Positions 40,379 to 53,915 are shown, numbered from the stretch's first letter. The stretch: DNA of 64,000 bases from Octopus sinensis (GCF_006345805.1 NC_043022.1:25234001-25298000), one strand, 5' to 3'. Numbers and translations are program-made. The notes: a model not told the origin generated them from the letters alone.

Positions 40379-41180
40379 TATAATGTATATATATGTAATA
40401 TAATATATATAATATATATATATATAATATATATATTAAAGAGAGGGAGAGAGAGAGAGAGAGAGATAGATAGGTAGGTATATATATATATAGCTATTGA
40501 TACTTCTCAGACTCATTGTGCATTTGTGTATATTAATATCCATGTATGCAGCTGTGTATAAATACTTATCTTTGTTGCACTATGTGTGTGTGTGTGTGTA
40601 TGTGTGTGTGTGTGTATGTGTGCATGTTTATGCATTAATGTCTGTACGTGATTGACGGCAAGCATATTTCCATTAATTAACCTATTTCATTCTTCTCCCA
40701 TTACTGTGCGAGAACTTGTTTAACCCTCCTTACCTCCCCTTGCGTTTTTTCTCCCCCTCCCCTCGTTTGCATGCATAGATGCACTTCTGCGTTCATGCTT
40801 GCATTCTCGTGCTCATGCTTGTGCGCACATGCACGCACATACACAATATTCCTCACACGCACAGGCACACACACACAGAGGCACACTGCCCGAATGCACG
40901 ACCGTGTGTGTAACGCATACGCATACACGAATACACGTGCAGTCATAAATGTTGCAACAGAAACTGCGATGTGCGGCGGCGAACAATGGAGACGACTACA
41001 AATGCACACAACAGTGCCACACTAACAACAACAAACAACAACACCTGCAGTAGTAGCAGTGGCAGTAGTAGCAGCAGCAGCAACAACAACTGCGTCAATA
41101 ACAGTAACAACTACAATATGATGAATGTGAAAATGAAAGCCACAGTTCTCTCCACTGAATGTCTGTTTATATGTTTGTAT

Positions 41181-41227
<47 letters not shown>

Positions 41228-41963
41228 TTATTTATTTATTAATTTACTTATGCATGTGTGTATGGTTGTGAGTGTGGTTGTATGTATTATATAATATATA
41301 TTATATAATATATATATATATATATAATATATATATATATGTATCTATATATTATATATATAATATATATATGTATATATATTATATAATATATATATAT
41401 ATATATTATATATATATCAGGGTGCCACACAGTGGGACTGAACTCAGAAACATGTGGTTGGTAAGCAAGCTTCTTACCACACAGTCACTTCTGCGCCTAT
41501 TTGTGTGTATTTATAACAAGAAGAGTATTCACATTGAATTAGACAAAATTCAGAGCTTTTATATAATAACATATATTGAACAGTGTAGACAAAATGATAA
41601 TTGAAGAATATATCAGTATAAAATATTTAAATTAAATATATGTATATATGTATGTCTGTACACATACACACACATCTCAGTAGTTATATATCTGAAAAAG
41701 AAGCACTCTCTATAAAACTTTAATGGTCAGTCTCTGACTGGCAATAAAAAATCAGACATATATATATAGTTTCTACAGCTGGATGCCTTTCCTAACACCA
41801 ACCACTACACTCTCAGAGTGGTTGGCGTTAGGAAGGGCATCCAGCTGTTGAAACTCTGCCAGATCAAGACTGGAGCCTGGTGCAGCCATCTGGTTCGCCA
41901 GCCCACAGTCAAACCGTCCAACCCATGCTAACATGGAAAGCACACGTTAAATGATGACAACGA

Positions 41964-42009
<46 letters not shown>

Positions 42010-43869
42010 TACATACATATATATCCTCGTCTTTCTCCCCTTCTTGTTTCTTCTTCTTCTTCACATAGAATTATGTTTCTGGTAACGACATATGTATATC
42101 AATTACACAATTACACACACATATTGCCTTCATTGACAGACGGACAATGAAGAAAATATCTTTTTGAAATTTACTGTTTATATACTAAAGATTAGACTAA
42201 ACTGTTGAACTGTCAGGCGTTTTGAAAAAGCACTCTTTGCTTGTAGGACCTTATTGTCAATGCACTTGATCTGAATATTGAAATTTTATGACTGAGAGAT
42301 GCTGTGATAACCATAATAATTTTAATAAATATCTTGCAATGCAAGTAAATATGTTTATGAAAAGTCTATCAGTTTTAAATAGAATTAATATAATAAATGT
42401 TATATTATTATACTAAATTTAGAGCTATGGTACAATAAAATATATTGAATAATATAGATGAAATATATATAATTTAATTGGAGCTGAAGTTTCTCTGTAG
42501 GGTATCATGTTGGAAGGTGAAACTTAGAGTTGTATGAGGGAACTTTTAACTTTGATTAAATTTTTGATACATATATATGGAGTGGCTGTGTGGTAAGTAG
42601 CTTGCTAACCAACCACATGGTTCCGGGTTCAGTCCCACTGCGTGGCATCTTGGGCAAGTGTCTTCTGCTATAGCCCCGGGCCGACCAATGCCTTGTGAGT
42701 GGATTTGGTAGACGGAAACTGAAAGAAGCCTGTCGTATATATATGTATATATATATATATGTATGTGTGTGTATGTGTTTCTGTGTCTGTGTTTGTCCCC
42801 CTAGCATAGCTTGACAACCGATGCTGGTGTGTTTACGTCCCCGTCACTTAGTGGTTCGGCAAAAGAGACCGATAGAATAAGTACTGGGCTTACAAAGAAT
42901 AAGTCCCGGGGTCGATTTGCTTGACTAAAGGCGGTGCTCCAGCATGGCCACAGTCAAATGACTGAAACAAGTAAAAGAAAAAGAGTATACAGGCACAGAC
43001 ATGGCTGTGTAGTAAGAAGCTTGATTCTAAACCACATGGTTCTGGTTTCAGCTCCACTGTGTGGCACCTTGGGCAAGTGTCTTATACGATTGCCTTGAGC
43101 TAACCAAAATCTTACGAGTGGAGTTGGTTGACATAAACTGAAAGAGCCGATCGTGTTGTGTGTGGGTGTGTGTGGTTAGAGTTGGCACTGCCACTTGAGA
43201 ACCCTGTAATTGCAGTCTGGCAGGAAGAGACCAATAGAATAAATTGACGGAAACTGAAAGAAGCCTGTCATATCTGTGTGTGTGTGTGTGTGCGTGTGTT
43301 CATGCTTGTGTTTATCCCTCACTACCACTTGACAACCCTGTAACCTAGCAGTCTGGCATGAAGAGACCAATAGAATAAATTGACGGAAACTGAAAGAAGC
43401 GTGTCATATCCAAGATCCATGGTGCCGGCCTTAGCGTGTTTCAGGTTGAGATGCTGCGACTTAAGTCTTCCTTAATTAGTTTTGCCCATGTCTTCATTAG
43501 TGTATTGCGCTGGATTTGTAATATGGATTTCCTGATATTTTTTTGCTTTTCTTAGATACCTTCATCTAAATATGGTTAAATTTACTCTCATGTATAGATC
43601 TTGGTTATCTAGATTTGATTTTTACTCATTAAATCTGTCCACCACTAAGTATTTTTGTTATGTAAGTAAGTAAAATTCCTATCTGATGACTCGAGGGGGA
43701 AGCTGCCCCCTCAATCGAAATGCTGCTCTGGATGGCACTGGAAGACTTACTCATTGCAGCGGTCCTTCAGTTTTTCTAAGCCCTGTAAAAGAACTTGGAA
43801 GGTTGAACCTCCAACCAAACCTTTTGTGTGACCCTTTAAAACCAAGAACACTTCAACTCCCACCTCACC

Positions 43870-44450
43870 CTTCTACACACACACACAAGTACATACATAT
43901 GTATATATATTTATGTATATGTGTACAAACACACACATACGGGTGTGTGTGTATATATATATATATACACACATATAATATACATACATATGTATATATT
44001 TACATACATACATGTATACGTACATACATACATACATACATACATAATACATACATATATATATATATATACACATGCATACACATACATATATATTTAT
44101 ATACACACACTTATACATACATACTTATATATATTATATATATACATACATGCATACATACACACGCATATATATACATACATACACACACACATATACG
44201 TACACACACAAACACATATATACATACATACACACACACATATATATATATATGTACACACACACACATATATATATATGTACACACACACACACATATA
44301 TACATACATACATACACATATACACATATATACACACACATATATACATACATACACACACACACATATATACATACATACATACACACACACACATATA
44401 TACATACACACACACATACACACACACACACACACATATATATATACATA
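43870..44450. repeat. Compound (CA)n/(TA)n/(CATA)n tract
   Basis: Directly visible; source of several spurious long ORFs. Confidence 0.95.
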
Positions 44451-44832
44451 CAAGCATGCCTAAAAAGCCAGAAGAAATGCTGCCAGGCATTCTGTCTGAT
44501 GCTCTGAACGATTCTCCCCTTAAACACCCCCTCCTCCTCCTCCTCCTCCTCCTCCTCTCCCCCACCGCAACCTCTCTTCTACCTGTTACGCCATCCCTCT
44601 GCTCCTATTTCTTTTATCCCCACCTCCTTTTCCCCCTTCTTGTACCTCTCTACTTCTGCCCCCTCCCCCCCCCCGCTTCCACTTCTCAGAAAGACTTACA
44701 TCAGCTTAGCTCGCCTTCCCCCCCTCACCTTGCCTTCTCCCTCCCCCCTCCTTGCCTTCTTCCTCCTCCCCCCATTCCCCCCCGCATCACACCTGTTTAC
44801 ATGCATTACCAGCTTGTGTAATAGGCACTGTC

Positions 44833-44875
<43 letters not shown>

Positions 44876-45114
44876 CATGTATTGCAGCTCTCACACACAC
44901 ACACACACACACACGCAAACACGCACGCATATACACACACACACGTTACACACGAACAAAATCATGCATACACACCTAATCACACGTTCACACACATACA
45001 CACGTGTGCTAATCACACACACACACGCGCACACACACATTCACCAGCAAGCGCAGAGACAATGATCTGTATCGATCTATCGAGGGCCAACAGCTATATT
45101 ACTTCGTAATAGTA

Positions 45115-45460
45115 GTAACAGTGGTGGTGTCGGCAGTGGTGGTGGTGGTAGCAGTAGCCGTGATGGTGATGGTGGTGGTGGTGGTGGTGGTGGTGTTGGT
45201 AGCAGTGGCAGTGATGATGGTGGTGGTGGTGGGGGTGGTGGTGGTGCAGTGGCAGTAGGTGTGGTGGTGTGTGGTGGTGGTGCAGTTTGATGGTTGGTGG
45301 TGTTGGTGGTGGTGGTGGTGGTGTGTGTGGTGGTGGTGGTTTGGTGGTGGTGGTGGTGGTGGTGGTAGCAGTGATGATGATGGTGGTGGTGGTGTTGGTA
45401 GCAGTGGCAGTGATGATGATGGTGGTGGTGGTGGTGGCGGCGGTGGCGGTGGTGGTGGTT
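45115..45460. repeat. (GGT)n/(GTG)n trinucleotide tract
   Basis: Directly visible. Similar triplet tracts at about 13660-13860, 14320-14535, 26450-26650 and 50735-50990. Confidence 0.95.
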
Positions 45461-46641
45461 AGTAGTTGTACCTCCACCATCCTCACCACCCGAAACCACT
45501 ACCATCCCCACCACCCGAAACCATCACCACCACCAGCCCACAACAGATGCCGTCAACCTAACATACCATTTGATGAGAGTATTTCTTGTAAAGGCTGCTG
45601 CTAATAACAGCTTTCAGGCTCTTTTTGCATCCACACAAACCATATTTTGTCTGGTTTGAAAGCAATAGTTGCTCTATCATTGTGATAGAGAGTGGCTGTC
45701 CTGATGGATGGGTGGGGCATGGGGGTGGGATTGATGGGTGGGGTTCATTGTGGTGATGGCTTCTATACAAGTTCATACTATACTATATGTTTCTATACTA
45801 GCATATTATATAGTGTGTGTGTGTGTGTGTGTGTATACATGCACATATATATATTTCTTTACTACCCACAAGGGGCTAAACATAGTGGGGACAAACAAGG
45901 ACAGACAAAGGGATTAAGTCGATTACATCGACCCCAGTGTGAAACTAGTACTTTATTTATCGACCCTGAAAGGATGAAAGGCAAAGTTGACCTCGGCAAA
46001 ATTTGAACTCAGAAAGTAACGGCAGACGAAATGCCGCTAAGCATTTCGCCCGGCATGCTAACGTTTCTGCCAACTCACCTATATATATATTATATATATA
46101 TATATATATTCTTCTAGTTGTTTCAATTATTTGATTGTGGCCATGCTGGAACACCACCTCGAAAGGTATTAGTCAAACAAATTGACCCCAGCACTTTAAA
46201 ACCTGGTACTTATTCTATCGGTCTCTTTTGCCAAATGACTAAGTTACAGGGGACATAAACACACTAACACCAGTTGTCAAATTGTGATGGCACACACATA
46301 CACATAGATAGATAGATAGACATATGATGGGCTTCATTCAGTTTCCGTCTACCAAATCCACTTGCAAAACTTTGGTCAGCCTGAGGCTAAAATGGCAGAC
46401 ACTTGCCCAAGGTGCCACGCAGTGGGACTGAACCTGGGACCATGTGGTTGTGAAGCAAGCTTCTTATCACACTGTCATGCCTGAGCCACACCTGCACTAA
46501 CAGTGTTGTTTGTGCTTATGTATATATATATATATCAGCCGAAATTGCTAAGATGATCTGGTTCTTGACTGATGACTGAGGGCTTCGAATGTCCCGTCCT
46601 GTGGTTCTTGTCCATGTCTGTAATTATTTTTACTGTTTACC

Positions 46642-46694
<53 letters not shown>

Positions 46695-46696
<2 letters not shown>

Positions 46697-47003
46697 AGGC
46701 GCAATGGTCCAGTGGTTAGGGCAGCGGACTCGTGGTCGTAGGATCACGGTTTCGATCCCCAGACCGGGTGTTGTGAGTGTTTATTGAGTGAAAACCCCTA
46801 AAGTGCCACGAGGCTCCAGCAAGGTATGGTGGCAGTCCCTGCTGTACTCTTTCGCCACAACATTCTCTCACTCTTTCTTCTGTTGGCCTGCTCACTTAGC
46901 CAGTGGGGGTGGCATCATTTGAAGGCTAAAACAATGTGAAGCGCATTGTGACCAGCGATGTGTAGCAACATCTGATAGCCTGGTCAGTCACGGTGATCAC
47001 GGT

Positions 47004-47005
<2 letters not shown>
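46695..47005 (+). mobile_element. tRNA-derived SINE family C
   Basis: Head GGAGGCGCAATGGTCCAGTGGTTAGG...GGTTTCGATCCC with A and B boxes. Homologous minus copy at 38802-39103. Confidence 0.8.
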
Positions 47006-47042
<37 letters not shown>

Positions 47043-47526
47043 TAATATATAGTACATGTCTGATCTCATGGATGTTGTGCTGATTCTAGAAGTGATTGCT
47101 GTTGTTGTCATTACTCTTCAAGTCAGCCCTGATTGACTGAACCTATGGTCAAAAGCATTGCAACCATGACCCTCCAGCCTTTTTAAGGGTATATTGGAAT
47201 GCATTAGCTGATGTGTCCTCCTTTGTTTGTTAGACTATATGGTGATTTTCTTGGTTGATTGCACCTTTTGTGTGTGTTTGTGCATGTGTGTGCGCATGTG
47301 AATGTATCTTTGTGTCTGAGGATGTCCCCGCCTCCCCAGGGCTTGACAACTGGTGTTGGTTTGTTTATATCTTTTTACTTAACAGTTCACCAAAAAGAGA
47401 CCGATAGAATAAGTACTAGGTTTTAAAAATGAAATTAGTGCTGGAGTCGATTCATTCGACTAAAATTCCTTCAAGGGGTGCCCCAGCATGGCCGCAGTCT
47501 AATGACTAAAACAAGTAAAAGATAAA

Positions 47527-47579
<53 letters not shown>

Positions 47580-48215
47580 TGTGTGTGTTTTGAGATGTTT
47601 ACACACAGGCATATGTAAAGGTGTCTGTGCATGTAATGTATATATCATGTGTGTGTGTGTGTGTGTCTGTGTGTGTGTCTGTGTGTGTGTGTGTGTGTGT
47701 GTGTCTGTGTGTCTGTGTGTGTGTGTGTGTGTGTGTGTAACTGCTATATCTGTCAAGTCTTTCCAGCAGTTTCATATTTTACCAGTTAATTAAACTAGAA
47801 GCTTTAACATTTGTTTCTTGATAAATATTGTGTTTTTGGTTGTTTATTTAGTTTTTGAAAAATTCCATTTTGTTCTTGTTTTTTTTTTCTCTATCTCTCT
47901 GCTTCTTGTTCTTTTGTTTTTTTGCTTAATCCTTTTATACAAGAGGCTTATGATTATATATAATGTGTGTGTATGTGTGTGTGTGTGTGTGTAACTTTAG
48001 GGTGATGTATGGAAGATAGGTAGGGTTTGCTTGTTGACTGGTGGTGCTGGATAGCAGGGGATTTTTTTTTTTGTGTGTGGATGGTATTGGTGGGTGGTGG
48101 TGGTGGTGATGGTGGTGGTGGTACTAGTTTTATCTAGTGGTGAGGGATGATGCTTTATAATGGTTGTTCAATGTAATTTCATAATTTTCATTTATTAGAT
48201 AATGGTTGAGAGCGA

Positions 48216-48251
<36 letters not shown>

Positions 48252-48339
48252 ATATATATGTGTGTGTGTGTGTTTGTGCATCTTTATAAAGGTTCGTGTA
48301 TGTGTGTATGTTTATAGATGTTTGTGCATGTGCTTTTGA

Positions 48340-48388
<49 letters not shown>

Positions 48389-49394
48389 CATCTGTAAAGA
48401 AAGAAGTGATTTTATGTCTTAAAATTTCCTTCATACTTAAGCTGTTATCTTATTAATGTAAAAACGGTAAGGGGGAGGCAGAGTGACTTGTAACTTCTCA
48501 GGTTGTTTTGTCTTGTTAAGAGGTCAGACAAGTCAAGTTACTGACCTCTTAGATATTTTCTGCTTCTACATTGGTATTAATTAATTCTTTAATGGATTAT
48601 ACTGATTTAAAAACAACAAAAAAACATCTTCAATTGTGGCTGTGTGATGGTGAAGCAAGGTAGCAAGGATATTATTTGTAGTTTTGGAAGGCGATGGTGG
48701 TAGTAGGGGCTTTTGTTTTTGATTTCCATTTGGTCTAGTTTGGATTGGTTTGTGTTGGTGTTGGTGCTTGCTTGTCTGCCTACCTACTTGAAACTTGCTT
48801 TGATTGAATTGAATTGAGGTTAAGATGAAGTAAGAAGCCAAATTAATGGAGTGATAGAAATATAGAAATACAAGGTTGATTGGTGGGTTGGTTGCTTGGA
48901 TGGGTGGGTATGGATAGATGGAGATGAATAGAGAGTGAAATATATGGTTAAATAAAAAAAATAGGTAGATAGGCGCAGGAGTGGCTGTGTGGTAAGTAGC
49001 TTGCTTACCAACCACATGGTTCCGGGTTCAGTCCCACTGCGTGGCATCTTGGGCAAGTGTCTTCTGCTATAGCCACGGGCCGACCAATGCCTTGTGAGTG
49101 GATTTGGTAGACGGAAACTGAAAGAAGCCTGTCGTATATATGTATATATATATATATATGTATATGTATGTGTGTGTGTATGTTTGTGTATCTGTGTTTG
49201 TCCCTCTAGCATTGCTTGACAACTGATGCTGGTGTGTTTACGTTCCCCGTCACATAACGGTTCAGCAAAAGAGACCATTAGAATAAGTACCGGGGTTGAT
49301 TTGCTTGACTAAAGGCGGTGCTCCAGCATGGCCGCAGTCGAAGTAAAAGAGTAAAGCGAGAGATAGATGGACTGGAAAATAAATACAGAGATGC

Positions 49395-49730
49395 ATGGTT
49401 CCGGGTTAGGGTTAGGAGTTAGCGTTAGGGGTGGGGGGAAGGGTATCTTTTTTTTCTTCACAAATGTAAATAAACCCAATCTGTTTCTTAAACGAGGGAT
49501 ATATTCATATGGCACAGAATGTCTTCACATCCAGTAGACATCATTGATTGGTTGAAATTGCAGAAATTGAAGAAAAAAAACAACAAATATCTTACAAACT
49601 ATAGAATTTTCTCAATAAAGCCAAGAGAAAAAGATGTTTTATAAACACATTCTACCAGTATACGAAATTTAAAAGTGTTTAGTTACATGGAAATTATTTT
49701 TAAAAATTGCCGTTCAAACCGAAAAGATCC
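49395..49730. mobile_element. Non-autonomous DNA-transposon fragment with degenerate TTAGGG tract
   Basis: GGTTAGGGTTAGGAGTTAGCGTTAGGG at 49403-49430. Ends in CCGTTCAAACCGAAAAGATCC followed by (TA)n. Family recognised from memory only. Confidence 0.45.
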
Positions 49731-50319
49731 TATATATATATTAATTAATTAATTTATTTATTTTATGACTTAAGGAAATAAGTTCAATTAAAACTTAAAG
49801 AAATGCTAGCCATGATCATCCCGGGTTTTTCTGTTTGTGTTTGTTTCTCACCACTCGATAACCAGGAGTTAAGACTAGAATTTTAGCCAGGTTCCTGCAT
49901 GGCTCTGGAGTGAAAGTGCAGTGGTAGTGGTGGGGATGGAGTGGTGTGGTAGTGGAGTGTTAGTGGAGTGGTAGTGGAATATTGTTGAGTATGATAGTAA
50001 GAGGCTTATAAAGTAGAATTAGACAAATGCTCAATTTGTGTAAGATGTAGCCTGTGAACAGAAATGTGCAAACAAGTGCACACATACACTTAGAAAACAC
50101 CCATGTGTATGCACACATGCATACATGTACATATGCAAATGGACACACACATGCACACGCATTCACTCACACTCTGACACTAATACATACTGACATAATT
50201 GCAGCATGCATACAAATACATCACATACACACATATACAATTTCCTTCATTTACAACATAGACATACACACAGCACACCAGATGACATACATATATACAC
50301 TTATACACTTACATATACT

Positions 50320-50515
50320 GTGAAAGTTTACGAAAATAAACAAAAGACGAAGGCAGGTGGAGTACAAACAAACAATGTATTAGTATAGCGCTCAGGAATA
50401 GAAAAAATCTTTTACGTTTCGAGCCTACGCTCTTCGACAGAAAGATACACAGAAAAAAACAGGGAGAGAAACGAGGAGAGAAAAAAAATGCGTGTAGGAG
50501 CTAACGATCTATCTT
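50320..50515 (-). mobile_element. Penelope-like repeat copy with the best-preserved hammerhead-like fold
   Basis: Reverse complement of 50407-50446 reads ATCTTT CTGTCGAA GAGC GTAG GCTC GAAACGT A AAAGAT. Confidence 0.55.
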
Positions 50516-50645
50516 GGTGTATATATACTGTCCCTTATCAAAGTACTGAAATTATTTTCCACATAGACACAAAATATTTAGCTATCTATCTCTCCATTCA
50601 TATATATATATTATGGAAAAAAAAACTTTGGTCGTCTTGTTGTAG

Positions 50646-50717
50646 TCGAGGGCTCTTTGTTGACCCCAACACCACTGGGAGGTGGCCCTCGGAGTCGCTG
50701 GAGATGGAGATCTCCAG
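50646..50717 (+). CDS. Candidate 72-nt exon (phase 1-1: EGSLLTPTPLGGGPRSRWRWRSP; phase 2-2: RGLFVDPNTTGRWPSESLEMEIS)
   Basis: GC-rich unique island with acceptor gtcttgttgtAG and weak donor CAG|gtccaa. The phase 1-1 reading joins 58592 in frame. Confidence 0.4.
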
Positions 50718-52324
50718 GTCCAAATTCTTGGACAGCTGCTGTTGCTGCTGCTGTTACTACTACTACTACTATTACAACAACCATTACCACCACCACTACT
50801 ACTACTATTACTACTGCTGTTGCTGCTGCTACTACTAACACTACCACAGCTGCTGCTGCTGCTACTACCACCACCGTTGCTGCTGCTACTACTACTACTA
50901 CTACTGCTGCTGTCTACTACCACTACTACTGCTGCTGCTGTTACTACCACCACCGCTGCTGCTACCACTACTACCACTACTACTGCTGCTGCACAAACCT
51001 TTTTAGATTACATCTAAGAGATGGTCACCTGATTGATGGGGCAGTCACTCCCCCACCGACACGCACCCTGTGATCTCTGGCCCATCTATATGTGCCCTGT
51101 CACCTCAATTTGTGTTCCCTACCACTACTTTGACTTCCATTCCCAACTTCATATCCCACATGCCTTCATATCCACTGCCCCCACCACCACCATCACTCCC
51201 ACCTCACACATTCTCCCTTTGTCTCTCCCTTTCTCTCCACCTCTTCTCTCATTACCTATACTGTGTCTCATTGCCCACCCACCACCTGTTCTCCTACCCC
51301 TGTATTTCCCTACCCTGCCCCCAGTTTTTTATGCAAATGCCATTGATTTAACAGATGTTGAAATTGAAACCCCCACCGCTCTCTTGCTCTCTCTCTCTCA
51401 CTGTCTTAGTCATCATCACAGCTGGCCTACAAAGGTGAGGGGCACTGTCCCTTCATCCTGATTGAACCATTAAAAATACATCTCTATGTATATGTACATC
51501 TACATATATGTGTGTGTGTGTGTGTGTGTGCATACGTGTGTGACCACGTTTGTGTGTGTGTGTCTGTATGTGTGCACATGTACGTGTGCACGTGTATGTG
51601 TGCATGTGTATGTGTACACATGCATGTGTGTGTGCATGTGTGTATCTATGTGTGTGCACATGTATGTGTGCACGTGTATGTGTGCACATGTATGTGTGTA
51701 TCTATGTGTGTGTGTGTATCTATGTGTGTGTGTGTATCTATGTGTGTGTGTGTATCTATGAGTGTGTGTGTGTATCTGTGTGTGTGTGTGTATCTATGTG
51801 TGTGTGTGTGTACTTGTACACACACAAACACACATATATAGTAAAAACCTTCTCACAGTAAATCAAGATTTTTTCCATAAATTTTTGTGATTTTGGCAGC
51901 AAAACAAACAAAAAGAGAAACAAAAAAAAAAGAAATTGGGGGCTCTTTGGCGATGGTGGAGGAGGAGGAGGTTTTTACAGGTGCAAATAAAATGCAAAGC
52001 AGATGTGCATTTAATGCATAAGTGTACACCAATGTTTAATAGCACGTGCATAAACACCACAGCAAGTGCTGATCCTCTTTTTTATGGTTTGCATTGAAAT
52101 TTAATTCAAAACAGGGAGACATCCAGTTGCACATGCAGACACATGCAGACACATGCAGACACATGCAGACACATGCATGCATGTCGTGCATGCACACATG
52201 TGTGCATGCATGTGTATGTATTTGATTGTTTGCTTGCTTCTAAATATATGCATATGAATGTGAGCACTTGTGTGTGTAAGCATATGTGCGTGTGTGTGTG
52301 TGTGTGTAATATATCCACTTTGTA

Positions 52325-52651
52325 TGTGTGTGTTTTGTGCAAATCTGCAACTGTATGTGTGTGTGTGTGCGCATGTGCATATATCTGCGTACGTGTGCAC
52401 CTATGTATGTGTGTGAGTGTTTGTGTCTGTATGTGACGATGTGTATGTATACGTGTGTGTGTGTGTGTGTGTGTAGCTATGTGCATCAAAGATGTGTGTT
52501 TTGTGCAAATCTGCAACTGTATGTGTGTGTGCACATGTGCATATATCTGCGTACATGTGCACCTATGTATGTGTGTGAACATTTGTGTCTGTATGTGCCG
52601 ATGTGTATGTATACGTGTGTGTGTGTGTGTGTGTAGCTATGTGCATCAAAG
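52325..52651. repeat. About 165-bp tandem duplication of TG-rich sequence
   Basis: TTTTGTGCAAATCTGCAACTGTATG...GTAGCTATGTGCATCAAAG occurs twice. Confidence 0.85.
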
Positions 52652-52829
52652 GTGCATATGTGTGTGTATTTAAATGTTTAATGGTTTGAGGTATAAGCAT
52701 GAACCTGTGCACGTATGTGCATGTGTGTCTATGTATGTTTGAGTGCGTGTATACACACATGGGCATCAGTAGGGATGTATATATTGATGTTTGTGTAATG
52801 AGTGTGTAGAAATGATGTTATCATGCACA

Positions 52830-53045
52830 AGGTGGTGCTGAAAAGTTCCTGGCTTTTGGGTAAAAGAAAATTCAGGAGGATCAGTTAATTATGGATTTAT
52901 TCAACATATTCCCCTCTCAGATTCACACACCTATTGCAGCGGTCCTTCAGGTTTCCCTAAGCCCCGTAAAAACTGGGAATGTTGGGCTTCCAACCAAGCC
53001 TTTTTGTGATACCCTTAAAACCAGCAACATTCCAGCACTCCCCTC
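52830..53045. mobile_element. Mariner-type MITE; partial copy at about 43737-43865
   Basis: Imperfect TIR GTGCTGAAAAGTTCCTGGCTTT / AAACCAGCAACATTCCAGCAC. Shared core ATTGCAGCGGTCCTTCAG. Confidence 0.6.
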
Positions 53046-53284
53046 CCCCTCATGTATATAAATGTGTATACGTGTTGGAATTCGATGCAGCCCCTGTGTA
53101 CAGATAAATGAATGCATACCTTGATGTTTGTAGTTTTTGTGTGTGTGTGTGCAGGGTGGTGTGGGAGAGCCTGTTCATTTGCCATTTGCTATTATTTTTG
53201 ATAGGAGATCTGTTGCAATATAACCTGTTGGGAATTTTGTTTGCGTGCATGCGTGTGTGTAAGGCTTATTAATTTCTTAATGTA

Positions 53285-53915
53285 TGTATGTATGTATATA
53301 TGTGTGTATAAAATATTTATAAAATGAATGTATATATGTGTGTATGTGTATGTATATATGTGTGTATAAAATATTTATAAAATGAATGTATATATGTGTG
53401 TATGTGTATGTATATATGTGTGTATAAAATATTTATAAAATGAATGTATATATGTGTGTATGTGTATGTATATATGTGTGTATAAAATATTTATAAATGA
53501 ATGATATGTGTGTGTGTTGTAATATGTGTGTATATATGTGTGATAAAATATAAAAATGAATGTATATATGTGTGTATGTGTATGTATATATTGTGTATAA
53601 ACTATTTAAAATGACTGTTTATATATGTGTGTATGTGTCAGTCTATGTGTGTATATAAAATTTATAAAATGAATAGATATGTGTGTAATGTATGATATAG
53701 TGTGTATAAAATATTTATAAAATGAATGTATATATGTGTGTATGGGTATGTATAATGTGTGTATAAAATATTTATAAAATGAATGTATAATGTGTGCTGT
53801 TATGTATATATGTGTGTATAAAATATTTAAAATGAATGCATATATATGTGTGTATGGTATGTATTATGTGGTATAAAAGATTTATAAAATGAAATATATG
53901 TGTATGTGTATTATA
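53285..53915. repeat. 58-bp AT-rich minisatellite, about 11 copies
   Basis: AAAATATTTATAAAATGAATG recurs at about 53310, 53368 and 53426; later units are degenerate. Confidence 0.9.

Noticed and set aside
46566-46590. Second hammerhead (CTGATGA...GAAT)
   Set aside because: No stem II closing pair and GAAT instead of GAAA. CTGATGA at about 5274, 9943 and 28218 also lack the rest of the fold.
46695-46770. tRNA gene
   Set aside because: The tRNA-like head continues into a SINE body shared with 38802-39103, and I could not build a full cloverleaf with an acceptor stem.
48517-48551. 11-bp perfect hairpin as a terminator or regulatory element
   Set aside because: Short, single and expected by chance in 64 kb; no supporting context.
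49403-49430. Telomere or interstitial telomeric array
   Set aside because: Only 4-5 degenerate units, embedded in a dispersed repeat.
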